From the NCBI GenBank assembly GCA_009886115.1, contig VFJJ01000074.1, forward strand, positions 1 through 45,591: DNA of 45,591 nucleotides, read 5' to 3'. This DNA is from Actinomycetota bacterium. GTDB taxonomy: Bacteria > Actinomycetota > Acidimicrobiia > IMCC26256 > VFJJ01. Position 1 is the stretch's first letter. Every line of letters starts with the position of its first letter. Position numbers and translations under genes: made by a program. This document shows, piece by piece, positions 9,863 to 19,256 of this stretch. The notes under the pieces are model-generated. The model saw nothing but the letters and a program-made list of their open reading frames with translations, was not told where the DNA came from and made no database searches.

Positions 9863-10747
9863 ATGCCCGAGCTCCGCGATTCCCGCAGCCCAGCACTCTT
9901 CGGGCAGCGGCGGCGCGGCCTCGCGCTCGTGCTGGGCGCAGCGCTCGTGATTGTCGCCGCGTGCGGCGACAAGGGCGCCGGGACCGCGGCTCCCCGCCCG
10001 TCCACGACCCCCTCGACCGTCACATCCGACACCGGGGCGGTCACGACCGCACCTACGTCGACGACGGTGGCGACCTCGCCGACGGTCAGCCCCGATCTGG
10101 CCAGCCTCCGCTTCGACCCCGTGGTCAAGGTCGATCCCGCGATCGACTACACGCTGCGCGGCGAGTACCTGCAGATCGACGGGCTCGAGACCTCGATCCT
10201 CGAGACCGTGAACTCGGCGATCGAGTCCGACATCGAGACGGCCGTCGGCCAGTTCGAGTTCGCCGTGATCGACATCGGCAACGTGCCCGACACCGGGACC
10301 GGGAGCGAGCTCGACGTGAGCTCGCGAGCCACGGCGCTGTCTCGGAACCTGCTCAGCGTCAGCACCGAGCTCTACCAGTACCTCGAGGGTGCGGCCCACG
10401 GGGGAACCACGGTCGTCACGCACGTCTTCGACCTCGCCTCGGGGCGCCGGCTCACGTTGGACGACATCTTCGCCCCGAGCGTCGAGCACCTCGACCGCCT
10501 CTCGGCCCTCACCCGGGCAGCGCTCAACGACCAGCTCGACGACCCGTCGCTGAGCGCGTCGATCGACGACGGGACCAAGCCCGTCGGTGCCTCGTTCTCG
10601 GCGTGGACCCTCACCGAGAACGCGCTGGTGATCGTCTTCCAGGAGTACCAGGTCGGCCCCTATGCCATCGGCCGCCAGCAGGTTGAGCTCCCCTATGACG
10701 CCCTTGACGGGCTGCTGGCCCCGACGTTCACGCCCCCGACCCGGTGA
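9863..10747 (+). CDS. RsiV-family / DUF3298 lipoprotein
   Basis: Lipobox VAAC, Thr-rich linker, GAAHG, FDLASGRRLTLDDIF, FQEYQVGPYAIG. Confidence 0.8.
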   Translation: MPELRDSRSPALFGQRRRGLALVLGAALVIVAACGDKGAGTAAPRPSTTPSTVTSDTGAVTTAPTSTTVATSPTVSPDLASLRFDPVVKVDPAIDYTLRGEYLQIDGLETSILETVNSAIESDIETAVGQFEFAVIDIGNVPDTGTGSELDVSSRATALSRNLLSVSTELYQYLEGAAHGGTTVVTHVFDLASGRRLTLDDIFAPSVEHLDRLSALTRAALNDQLDDPSLSASIDDGTKPVGASFSAWTLTENALVIVFQEYQVGPYAIGRQQVELPYDALDGLLAPTFTPPTR

Positions 10748-12242
10748 TCGACGGGGGGTGGAGGGCGTCGACCGCCCGTCGGGGCCAGCCCCGCGCCTCC
10801 CGCCCGAGCTCGGTTGCCGGGGGCCCGCCGTGCAGGTGCTCGTCGAAGATCGCCGACCAGGGTCCCGTGGCACCGAGCCGTGAGAACAACGCCCCGAGCC
10901 CGATCACGATCCGGTTCAGGATCACGTGGTCGCGGGGCAGCGTGACCTGGCGGATCACGTCGCCGAAGGGCCCGTCGACCATGAACGTGGCCTCGACCAC
11001 CTCGGCCATGTAGTCGCGTGTGTAGGTGAACTCGGGCTCGATCAGCGGCCGGAACACGAGTCGGCCGTACTCGAGGGCCCGTTCGGCGCGCACGAGGCCG
11101 GGCTCGCGCAGCCAGCCGAATCGCACCATGGCATCGACAAGGGCATCGCCGTCGCCGGTGCGCAACACGGAGATCTGCTCGCCGAGCTGGCGAACGTGCT
11201 CGTTGGCGAAGACCTTCACCAGGCCGAAGTCGAGGAACCAGATGACATCGCGCTCGGCGGCACGACCAGCGGCCTTCGGCGAGCCGGTGCGCTCTCGGGC
11301 GAAGAAGTAGTTCCCGGGGTGGGGATCGCCGTTGAACATGCCCAGCCCGAACACCGAGCCGGTCCAGAAGCGGAACAGCTGCTCGGCCGTCCGATCGCGC
11401 TCGACCGTGCTCCGGTCGGCGACGGCGTAGAACGACTCCCCCGACACCCAGTCACTCGTGAGCACCCGACGGGACGAGACGTGTTGGTGCACGCGTGGGA
11501 TCCGCACCCAGGGATGCCCGTCGTACGCCCGTCGGAACAACTCCTGGCGCTGCGCCTCCAGCCGGTAGTCGAGCTCCTCCGACATGCGGTCGCGCAGCTC
11601 GCCGACGAGTTGCTCAGGATCGAGACCCGGCGCAGCCATGCGGGCGAAGCCGTACAGCACCTGGGCGTTGTCGAGATCGGCCTGGATGGCCACGTCGACG
11701 CCGGGGTACTGGACCTTCACGGCGACGGGCGTCCCGTCGGCCAGCGCGGCCCGGTGCACCTGGCCGATCGACGCCGCAGCCGCGGGCTCGGTCTCGAAGT
11801 GCCGGAACACCGTGCGGGGCGGGCGTCCGAGCTCGCTGGTGACCACCTGCTCGACGAGGCCGAACGCCATCGGGGGAGCGTTCTGCTGCAACGAGCGCAA
11901 GTTCTCGGCGTAGGTGTCGGGGAGCCCCACCGCCACGACCGAGACCAGCTGTCCCAGCTTCATGACCGCGCCCTTCATCCCGCCGAGCGCCTCGACGACC
12001 TCTTCGGCCGTGCGGAGATGAAATGCCTCGACGGCCTGCTCGTCACCCCGCCGGCTCACCCATTGGAACCGCAACCAGCGACGGGCGCCGAGCAGCGCCA
12101 ACCGTCGGCTCCGGCGAAACCGTTCCCAGGACCGCAGCCACCCCTTGTCGCGAATCGACCGCACCCCGCGGGCGACGATTGCCCCTCCGAAGAGGGCCGC
12201 GGCGGCTCCGACCCAGGTGGTGGTGCGTCGCCGTAGGCTCAT
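10728..12242 (-). CDS. ABC1/AarF/UbiB atypical kinase
   Basis: MKGAVMKLGQ, AAASIGQVH, VAVKVQYPG, NGDPHPGN, LDFG. Confidence 0.93.
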   Translation of the reverse strand: MSLRRRTTTWVGAAAALFGGAIVARGVRSIRDKGWLRSWERFRRSRRLALLGARRWLRFQWVSRRGDEQAVEAFHLRTAEEVVEALGGMKGAVMKLGQLVSVVAVGLPDTYAENLRSLQQNAPPMAFGLVEQVVTSELGRPPRTVFRHFETEPAAAASIGQVHRAALADGTPVAVKVQYPGVDVAIQADLDNAQVLYGFARMAAPGLDPEQLVGELRDRMSEELDYRLEAQRQELFRRAYDGHPWVRIPRVHQHVSSRRVLTSDWVSGESFYAVADRSTVERDRTAEQLFRFWTGSVFGLGMFNGDPHPGNYFFARERTGSPKAAGRAAERDVIWFLDFGLVKVFANEHVRQLGEQISVLRTGDGDALVDAMVRFGWLREPGLVRAERALEYGRLVFRPLIEPEFTYTRDYMAEVVEATFMVDGPFGDVIRQVTLPRDHVILNRIVIGLGALFSRLGATGPWSAIFDEHLHGGPPATELGREARGWPRRAVDALHPPSITGSGA

Positions 12243-12254
12243 GGCCCCGGCACG

Positions 12255-12485
12255 CTACCAGCGGCGCGATCGGGGAGACGACAACGCCAAGCGGGCGTTC
12301 AAGAGCACGAGCTCGGGTTGCTGGGCGAGGTGTTTGAGCATGCGGGGCATGGCGATCATGACTCGCCACCACTGCCAGACCTTCCACAGCTTGTTGTTCC
12401 GCATGCCGATGAGGAACACCACGACCTCACGGTCGGCGCCATCTCCGAGATCGGCCGTGTAACGACCGGGGAACACCTTGGCCAT
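12255..12485 (-). pseudogene. Truncated, frameshifted DUF4188-family gene
   Basis: MAKVFPGRYTA...VVFLIGMRNNKLWKV...AMPRML is the DUF4188 N-terminus, but the ORF stops after 76 aa and lacks the family's QYW/WHETY half. Confidence 0.7.
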
Positions 12486-12555
12486 CTTCCATCTCCCCTG
12501 TATCGAACGTCGATATCGGGCGGTCGACGGGGGCCGGTCGCGCCCCTCGACCAGG

Positions 12556-13446
12556 TCAGCCCAGGCCCAGCGCCGGGGCCAACTCCTGCCAGACCGAGAG
12601 GTGGGTCTGCTCGGGGCCGGTCGTTTGCACGTTGATCGCCACGTGGTCGGCCCCGGCATCCACGTGCTCGCGCAGTCGGGCCGCGATCTGGTCGGCCGTC
12701 CCCCAGGCGAACAGAGCATCCACGAAGCGGTCGCTGCCTCCGTCGCGGAGGTCGTCCTCGGTGAAGCCCTGTCGGAAGAAGTTGTTCACGTAGTTGGGCA
12801 GACCGAGGTAGATCTTGATCGACGCCCGACCGACGGCCCGGGCCACGGATGCGTCGCTGCACAGCACGACCTTCTGGTCGGGAACGAGGAACGGCCCGTC
12901 CCCCAGGACCTTTCGAGCCATCTCGGTGTGCACGGGCGTCACGTTGTACGGATGGGCACCCGCCGCCCGCTCAGCGGCCAGAGCGAGCATCTTGGGGCCG
13001 AGCGCCGCGAGCACCCGCTGCGGCGGCGTCGTCGGCTGGGCAGCCATGAACAGGGCCCCGTCCATCGTGTCGAGGTAGCTGCGCATGGCCGCCAGCGGCG
13101 GGCCGTACACGTGGCCCCGCATCCCCTCGACCATCGGGGCGTGGCTGACCCCGAGCCCGAGGAGGAAGCGACCGGGGAACCACTCCGAGACCGTCTTGTG
13201 GCCCTGCGACATCGACATCGGGTCGCGGGCGTAGATCGACGCGATCCCCGTCGCCACGGTGATGGTGCTGGTCCCCGACAACAGCATCGAGGCGCTCACC
13301 AACGGATCGCGCCCGACCGCCTCGGGTATCCAGATCGAGCCGTAGCCCAACGCTTCGATCTGAGCAGCCAGGTCCTGCGCCGCCGAGGCCGGCTGCTGGT
13401 CGAAGGCGAAGCTCCAGATGCCGAAGGTTCCCAGTTCGATCGTCAC
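12556..13446 (-). CDS. LLM-class F420-dependent oxidoreductase (TIGR03620-like)
   Basis: IEALGYGSIWIPEAVGRD, ATGIASIYARDP, GRFLLGLGVSH, LAALGPKML, AGADHV; GTG start with TAGCGT 8 nt upstream. Confidence 0.9.
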   Translation of the reverse strand: MTIELGTFGIWSFAFDQQPASAAQDLAAQIEALGYGSIWIPEAVGRDPLVSASMLLSGTSTITVATGIASIYARDPMSMSQGHKTVSEWFPGRFLLGLGVSHAPMVEGMRGHVYGPPLAAMRSYLDTMDGALFMAAQPTTPPQRVLAALGPKMLALAAERAAGAHPYNVTPVHTEMARKVLGDGPFLVPDQKVVLCSDASVARAVGRASIKIYLGLPNYVNNFFRQGFTEDDLRDGGSDRFVDALFAWGTADQIAARLREHVDAGADHVAINVQTTGPEQTHLSVWQELAPALGLG

Positions 13447-13482
13447 GGAAGTTGACGCTACCCACTCGTCGACCAGGAGGCG

Positions 13483-13504
13483 AGATGATGAATTCCGAGT
13501 GAAC
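13483..13504 (-). promoter_or_regulatory. PHO-box-like pair upstream of phoU (GTTCACTCGGA ATTCATCATCT on the minus strand)
   Basis: Two GTTCA-type units 11 nt apart in the LLM/phoU divergent gap. Confidence 0.5.
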
Positions 13505-13592
13505 GTGCGACCAATGAACACCACCGATCGAACGGGAATCACCGATAGTGGCGTACAGGGCCTGGCAGACTGAGGCGGACAAGGAGCTGCAG

Positions 13593-14288
13593 GTGCCCGA
13601 GAGTCGCAAGAGCTACCACGAGACACTGGACGAGATCAACCACGATGTGGTGCAACTGTTCGCGCTGGTGACCGAAGCGGTCGCTCGCGGTACCGAGTCG
13701 TTCCTCTCGGCCGACCTCGCTGCCGTCGACCGGCTGATCGCCGACGATCGCATCATCGACGACCTGAACACGCGCATCGACGAGCGGGCCTACGTGTTGC
13801 TCGCCACCCAGCAGCCGATGGCCACCGACCTGCGAGCGCTGGTCACCATTCTCCGGATCACCCACGAGCTCGAACGCGTCGGCGACCTCATGGTCAACGT
13901 GGCCAAGGGGACCCGGCGGCTCTACCCGTTCGAGATCGATCCCCGCGTCCGCGGGCTCGTCGCCCGGCTCGGCGATCAGGCCCAGCTCCAGCTGCGGGCC
14001 GCGGCCGACGCCTTCGCCGATGGCGACGCCGCCAAGGCGGCCGCCGTGGGCGACATGGACGATGTGATGGACGACCTGATCAAGGATCTGTTCCGCCACA
14101 TCTTCGCCACCGGGGCCGCTGACGAGGCCGGGGTCCAGCGCGCCGTCCAGATCGCGCTCATCGGCCGCTACTACGAACGGTGCGGCGATCACGCAGCCAA
14201 CGCCGCCAGCAGGGTCGTGTTCATGGTCACCGGCTCCCGGCCCGACTCCGACCACGGCCTCGGAGCGCCACCCGTGCTGACCGAATGA
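13593..14288 (+). CDS. phoU: Phosphate signalling protein PhoU
   Basis: QQPMATDLR, ELERVGD, MDDVMDDL, YERCGDHA; AAGGAG RBS before GTG 13593. Confidence 0.93.
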   Translation: MPESRKSYHETLDEINHDVVQLFALVTEAVARGTESFLSADLAAVDRLIADDRIIDDLNTRIDERAYVLLATQQPMATDLRALVTILRITHELERVGDLMVNVAKGTRRLYPFEIDPRVRGLVARLGDQAQLQLRAAADAFADGDAAKAAAVGDMDDVMDDLIKDLFRHIFATGAADEAGVQRAVQIALIGRYYERCGDHAANAASRVVFMVTGSRPDSDHGLGAPPVLTE

Positions 14289-16462
14289 ACCTCGAGCAGG
14301 TCGCCACTCCGCTGGGTTCGTCCCCACAGCGGTTCTTCAACCGCGAGCTCTCGTGGCTGGAGTTCAACGCCCGGGTGCTGGCGCAGGCTGAGGATCCCCA
14401 CATCCCGCTGTTGGAGCGGGTCAAGTTCCTGGCGATCTTCAGCGAGAACCTCGACGAGTTCTTCCGAGTCAGGGTCGCCGGGCTCCGAGAGCAGCTCCTC
14501 GAAGGACTCGATGCCGTCACGCCCGACGGGCGCACGCCGCGCCAACAGCTCGACCAGATCGACGAGCGAGTGAACGGGCTCGTGGACCGCCAGGCGCGGG
14601 TGTTCGTATCGGAAGTGTGCCCGGCGCTCGATGAGGCCGGGATCCGCTTCCCCGATTGGACGTCGCTGGCCCCCGAGGACGAGCAGTGGCTGGGAGAGTT
14701 CTTTCTCGAGCACGTCTTCCCCGTCCTCACACCACTCGCCGTCGACCCGTCCCATCCCTTCCCCTACATCTCCGATCTCTCGCTGAACCTGGCCGTCGTC
14801 GTGCGCGATCCGGTCGATCCCGAGGTCGACGGCGATCGTGAACTGCGCTTCGCTCGGGTGAAGGTGCCGCCGTCGCTGCCCCGCTTCGTCCGCCTGCCCG
14901 ACGGACAGCGGTTCGTCGCCATCGAGCGGATCATCGGGGCGTACCTCGACCGGCTCTTTCCGGCGATGGAGATCGTGGGGTGCTACCCGTTTCGCGTCAC
15001 CCGTGACGCCGAGCTCGATGTCGACGATGAGGAGGCCGACGACCTGCTCGAGGCGATGGAGACCGTGCTCCGCCGACGTCGCTCTGCGGGTCGCACGGTA
15101 CGCCTCGAGGTCGAGCCCGGGATGGCCCACGACGTGCTCGAGCTGCTCATCGAGGAGCTCGAGCTCGAGCGGTCGAACGTCGACGAGATCTCCGGTCCCC
15201 TCGGCCTGAGCGGTCTCTGGGAGGTCTACAGGCTCTCGCGCCCCGAGTTGAAGGATCCCCTGTGGGAGCCCCTCACGGCGCCCGAGTTGCACGGCATCGC
15301 GCACCACGGCGAGTTCTTCAACGTCATCAGGAGACGCGACGTGCTCGTGCACCATCCCTACGAGTCGTTCACCACCTCGGTCGAGGCGTTCATCGAGGCC
15401 GCAGCCGCCGATCCCGACGTGCTCGCGATCAAGCAGACGCTGTACCGCACCTCGATCCCCGAGAGCCCGATCGTGACCGCCCTCATGGAGGCGGCTGCGG
15501 CGGGCAAGCAGGTGGTCGCCCTCGTGGAGCTGAAGGCCCGCTTCGACGAGGTCGCGAACATCCGGTGGGCCCGGGCGCTCGAACAGGCCGGCGTGCACGT
15601 GGTCTACGGCGTCCTGGGCCTCAAGACCCACGCCAAGCTGTCACTCGTCGTGCGTCAGGAGGGGGGCACGATCCGGCGCTACACCCACGTGGGCACCGGG
15701 AACTACCACCCCCGGACGGCCACCATCTACGAGGACGTCGGGATCTTCACCGCCGATGACGCCATCGGCGAAGACGTGTCCGATCTGTTCAACTCGCTCA
15801 CCGGCTACAGCCGGAAGCGTCGCTACCGCCGCCTCCTTGTCGCCCCGACGACGCTCCGTGACGATCTGCTGCGGCTCATCGCTGCCGAAGCCGCACGGCC
15901 CGACGGGCGAATCGTGTGCAAGATGAACAGCCTCGTCGACCCGGCGATCATCGACGCTCTGTATCGGGCCTCGGGCGCGGGAACCCAGATCGACCTCATC
16001 GTGCGGGGCATCTGCTGTCTGCGTCCCGGAGTGCCCGGCCTCTCCGAGCACATTCGCGTGAAGTCGATCGTCGGACGGTTCCTCGAGCACTCGCGCATCT
16101 ACGCGTTCGGCCCCGATCCCCTCCAGCCTCGACCGCGACCCCGCGCCGGTGAGAGCGTCGCCCCCTCGCTCACCCGCCGTCGAGGGAGGCGCTACTACAT
16201 CGGCTCGGCCGACCTCATGCCCCGCAATCTCGACCGGCGGGTCGAGACGCTCGTACCCGTGCTCGACCGTCGCCTGCGGCAGCGGATCGAGGCGATCCTG
16301 AACGCGGCACTGGCCGACGATTGCCTGTCGTGGTTGCTCGGGGCCGATGGGAGCTGGGAACGGGTGCCCGGTGGCGGCGCAGTCAACTCACACCTCGACC
16401 TCCAGCAGCAGGCACTGGCGCGAGCCCACCGACGCACCTCGACAAGCGGAGTCATGACATGA
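14285..16462 (+). CDS. ppk1: Polyphosphate kinase 1
   Basis: FFNRELSWLEFNARVL, HHPYESF, ELKARFDE, KTHAK, GRFLEHSR, GSADLMPRNLDRRVE; ATGA overlap with phoU. Confidence 0.97.
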   Translation: MNLEQVATPLGSSPQRFFNRELSWLEFNARVLAQAEDPHIPLLERVKFLAIFSENLDEFFRVRVAGLREQLLEGLDAVTPDGRTPRQQLDQIDERVNGLVDRQARVFVSEVCPALDEAGIRFPDWTSLAPEDEQWLGEFFLEHVFPVLTPLAVDPSHPFPYISDLSLNLAVVVRDPVDPEVDGDRELRFARVKVPPSLPRFVRLPDGQRFVAIERIIGAYLDRLFPAMEIVGCYPFRVTRDAELDVDDEEADDLLEAMETVLRRRRSAGRTVRLEVEPGMAHDVLELLIEELELERSNVDEISGPLGLSGLWEVYRLSRPELKDPLWEPLTAPELHGIAHHGEFFNVIRRRDVLVHHPYESFTTSVEAFIEAAAADPDVLAIKQTLYRTSIPESPIVTALMEAAAAGKQVVALVELKARFDEVANIRWARALEQAGVHVVYGVLGLKTHAKLSLVVRQEGGTIRRYTHVGTGNYHPRTATIYEDVGIFTADDAIGEDVSDLFNSLTGYSRKRRYRRLLVAPTTLRDDLLRLIAAEAARPDGRIVCKMNSLVDPAIIDALYRASGAGTQIDLIVRGICCLRPGVPGLSEHIRVKSIVGRFLEHSRIYAFGPDPLQPRPRPRAGESVAPSLTRRRGRRYYIGSADLMPRNLDRRVETLVPVLDRRLRQRIEAILNAALADDCLSWLLGADGSWERVPGGGAVNSHLDLQQQALARAHRRTSTSGVMT

Positions 16463-17535
16463 CACCCACGACACCCACGACACCCACGCGCCCGCCAGCC
16501 GAGCCGAGCTCGGAACCACACCTGCTCGTGGTGCCGGCACCCGCGAAGGTGCCTCGTCTGGGACGCCACCCCACCGCCGGACAGCTCGTGCAACGGGCGA
16601 TCGGGGTGGCCGCGCGGCATCTCGTGCGGCACGACGCGATCATGCGCCAAGGCGACGATCCCGAGGCCGTGCACCAGATGCGCGTCGCCCTCCGTCGCGT
16701 TCGGAGCGATCTGCGCACGTTCAGCGACCTGCTCGACCCCGACTGGGCGAGCTCGGTCAAGGAGCTCGCCCGACCGGTGGCCGCCGCGCTCGGCGCTCGG
16801 CGCGACCTCGACGTGCTCCTCGAGCGCTTGCAGGCGCAGCGCTCCCGGCTCCCGATCACCGAGCAGGCGGGCATCGAGCCGGTCATCGAGCGGCTCCTCG
16901 CCCAGCGGGAGCCCGCCGACGCCGCGGTCAGGGTCGCGCTCGCGAGCTCCGGGTACCACGAACTGCTCGGGCGGCTCGGTGATCTCGAGCCGGCACTGCG
17001 CAGCCCGAGCGTCTCCGGCGACGACGAACAGGACCCAGGCGCCGGCAAGCACTCCCTCGAGCAGGCGGTCGACCAGCCCGCCGACCTGTTCGCGGAGGCA
17101 GCCGTCGAACGGGCCTTCCGCCGGTTGCGCCGCCAGGTCCGCGCCCTGCCCGACCCGGCACCCGACCAGGCATTGCACGACCTGAGGATCCGGGTGAAGC
17201 GGGTCCGCTACGCGGCTGAGGCCGCCGCCCCGGTGCTCGGTCGACCCGCGGCCCGGCTCGCAGCCGACCTGACCCGGCTCCAGAGCCTGCTCGGCGACCA
17301 TCAAGACGCCGTCACGGCGGTCGCCTGGTTGCGGAACCTCGTCGACGTCGACGTCGACGGTGCCGGTGCCGGTGCCGGGGAGGGCGCCCCCGACATCGGA
17401 GTGGCCTGGGCGGCGGGACTCCTCGCCGGACTCGAGCTCGCCGACGCGACCGAGGCACGCCGGCGGTTCGATTCCGTGTGGACCCGGGTCGAGGCCCACA
17501 AGCAACGCCGCTGGCTCCAGCGCCGACCGCGATGA
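16459..17535 (+). CDS. CHAD-domain polyphosphate-binding protein
   Basis: DPEAVHQMRVALRRVRS, LGARRDLDV, LHDLRIRVKRVRYAAE, QSLLGDHQD. Confidence 0.92.
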   Translation: MTPTTPTTPTRPPAEPSSEPHLLVVPAPAKVPRLGRHPTAGQLVQRAIGVAARHLVRHDAIMRQGDDPEAVHQMRVALRRVRSDLRTFSDLLDPDWASSVKELARPVAAALGARRDLDVLLERLQAQRSRLPITEQAGIEPVIERLLAQREPADAAVRVALASSGYHELLGRLGDLEPALRSPSVSGDDEQDPGAGKHSLEQAVDQPADLFAEAAVERAFRRLRRQVRALPDPAPDQALHDLRIRVKRVRYAAEAAAPVLGRPAARLAADLTRLQSLLGDHQDAVTAVAWLRNLVDVDVDGAGAGAGEGAPDIGVAWAAGLLAGLELADATEARRRFDSVWTRVEAHKQRRWLQRRPR

Positions 17536-17984
17536 CAGCCCCGAACGCCAAGCGGGCCGAGAGCCCCGAGATCGTCAGGGCTGCCGGCGGGATCGTCACG
17601 CGAGGTGCCGGTGCCGGTGCTCGCGAGATCCTCGTTGTCCACCGGCCCGACCACGACGACTGGTCGCTCCCCAAGGGCAAGCTCGACGAGGGCGAGGACT
17701 GGGACGACGCCGCGGCCCGAGAGGTACGCGAAGAGACGGGCATCGTGGTGCGGGCGACGCGTTTCGTGGCTTCCACCCACTACCTCGACGCTCGTCAGCG
17801 ACCCAAGGAGGTCAGGTACTTCGAGATGGAGACGGTCGCGATCGAGCCCTTCATCCCCAATCACGAGGTCGACCAAGCGCGCTGGTGTCGCGTCGAGGAG
17901 GTCGCCGAGCTCCTGAGCTACGACACCGATCGGTCGGTCGTCGAGGCCTGGCGGCTCGGCACCGACCGCCGACCGGCCGGGTAG
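17532..17984 (+). CDS. Nudix hydrolase (MutT1 N-terminal-domain-like)
   Basis: VHRPDHDDWSLPKGKLDEGE...AAREVREETG Nudix box; ATGA overlap with CHAD. Confidence 0.92.
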   Translation: MTAPNAKRAESPEIVRAAGGIVTRGAGAGAREILVVHRPDHDDWSLPKGKLDEGEDWDDAAAREVREETGIVVRATRFVASTHYLDARQRPKEVRYFEMETVAIEPFIPNHEVDQARWCRVEEVAELLSYDTDRSVVEAWRLGTDRRPAG

Positions 17985-17992
17985 GAGATCGA

Positions 17993-18538
17993 ATGACCGT
18001 GCTGGTCGTACGCCACGCCAAGGCCGGTGATCGCGGGCGCTGGATCGGCCCCGACGACGAGCGTCCGCTCACCAAGAGCGGATGGGCCCAGGCGGGCGCG
18101 CTCGCCACCATGTTGCCAGCCCTCCTCGGCCCCGCCGCGGGGGACTCTCAGATCCTGACCAGCCCGTACCTCCGCTGCCGCCAGACCGTCGAGCCCCTCG
18201 CCGAGGCCCTGGGCATCGATGTCGTCGACGACCGGCGCCTCGAGGAAGGCCGATCACTGCAGTCGACGCTCACGTTGCTGAGCAGCCTGCCAGCCGACCC
18301 CGTGGTGCTGTGCAGCCACGGCGACGTGATCGGCGACCTGGGCCGCTGGCTCATCAACGCCGGCCTCGACCGGGATGGCATCGACGAAGGCTTGACGCGA
18401 CGTCCCGGGAACGGCACCTCCCCGATCGGATCGCCGGTGCGGGGTGGCGACGACCCGGCCAAGGGATCGACCTGGATGATCGAGCGCCACGGGACCGAGA
18501 TCGTCAGCGCTCGTTACATCGGTCCTCCGGAGGTGTGA
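17993..18538 (+). CDS. SixA/histidine phosphatase family (MutT1 C-terminal-domain-like)
   Basis: VRHAKAG, RPLT, SPYLRCRQT, CSHGDVI, KGSTW; AGGAG RBS. Confidence 0.9.
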   Translation: MTVLVVRHAKAGDRGRWIGPDDERPLTKSGWAQAGALATMLPALLGPAAGDSQILTSPYLRCRQTVEPLAEALGIDVVDDRRLEEGRSLQSTLTLLSSLPADPVVLCSHGDVIGDLGRWLINAGLDRDGIDEGLTRRPGNGTSPIGSPVRGGDDPAKGSTWMIERHGTEIVSARYIGPPEV

Positions 18539-18541
18539 ACC

Positions 18542-19189
18542 ATGACGAGTCGATGGTCGGACGCAGCCCACGTGCCCCGCGGTGACGACTACGACGCCCG
18601 GTGGCGGGCCCTGGCCGCGGCCGGGCAGAACCCGCATGGCGAAGCCGACTTCGTCGAGCGGCTCTGGGAGCGCATGGGGCAGCCCCAGGACCCCCAGGAC
18701 CCCGAGCAGCCCGAGCGGGACGAGCACGGAGCGGCTGGTTTCGCGCGGGTGCTCGACGCCGGGTGTGGAACCGGCCGGCTGGCCATCGAGCTCGACCGTC
18801 GGGGCTTCGACGTCACGGGCGTCGACCTCGACCCGACGATGCTGGAGTCGGCCCGGAGCAAGAGCTCGTCGGTCACCTGGCACCTCGCCGACCTGAGCGA
18901 CGTTCGGCTCGCCAGCTCGTTCGACGTCGTGGTGCTGGCGGGGAACGTGATGATCTTCCTCGCGCCAGGCACCGAGGCAGCAACCATTGCCAACCTGGCG
19001 GAGCACCTTCGCCCGGGCGGCCTGCTCGTGGCCGGGTTCGAGCGACAGACCGGCCGGCTCCAGCTCGACGAGTACGACCAGGTGTGCGACCAGGCCGGCT
19101 TGACGCTCCACGAGCGTCACTCCACGTGGGATGACGATCCGTTCGAACCCGCACGTTCGTATGCGGTGTCCGTCCACCGTCTGGGTTGA
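18542..19189 (+). CDS. Class I SAM-dependent methyltransferase
   Basis: HGEADFV, VLDAGCGTGR, GVDLD, LAGNVM. Confidence 0.9.
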   Translation: MTSRWSDAAHVPRGDDYDARWRALAAAGQNPHGEADFVERLWERMGQPQDPQDPEQPERDEHGAAGFARVLDAGCGTGRLAIELDRRGFDVTGVDLDPTMLESARSKSSSVTWHLADLSDVRLASSFDVVVLAGNVMIFLAPGTEAATIANLAEHLRPGGLLVAGFERQTGRLQLDEYDQVCDQAGLTLHERHSTWDDDPFEPARSYAVSVHRLG

Positions 19190-19256
19190 ACGCGTGACGC
19201 AACTGCGACCTCGACCGTCGGGGGACATCCTTCACCGACCCCTACCATCAGCAGCG

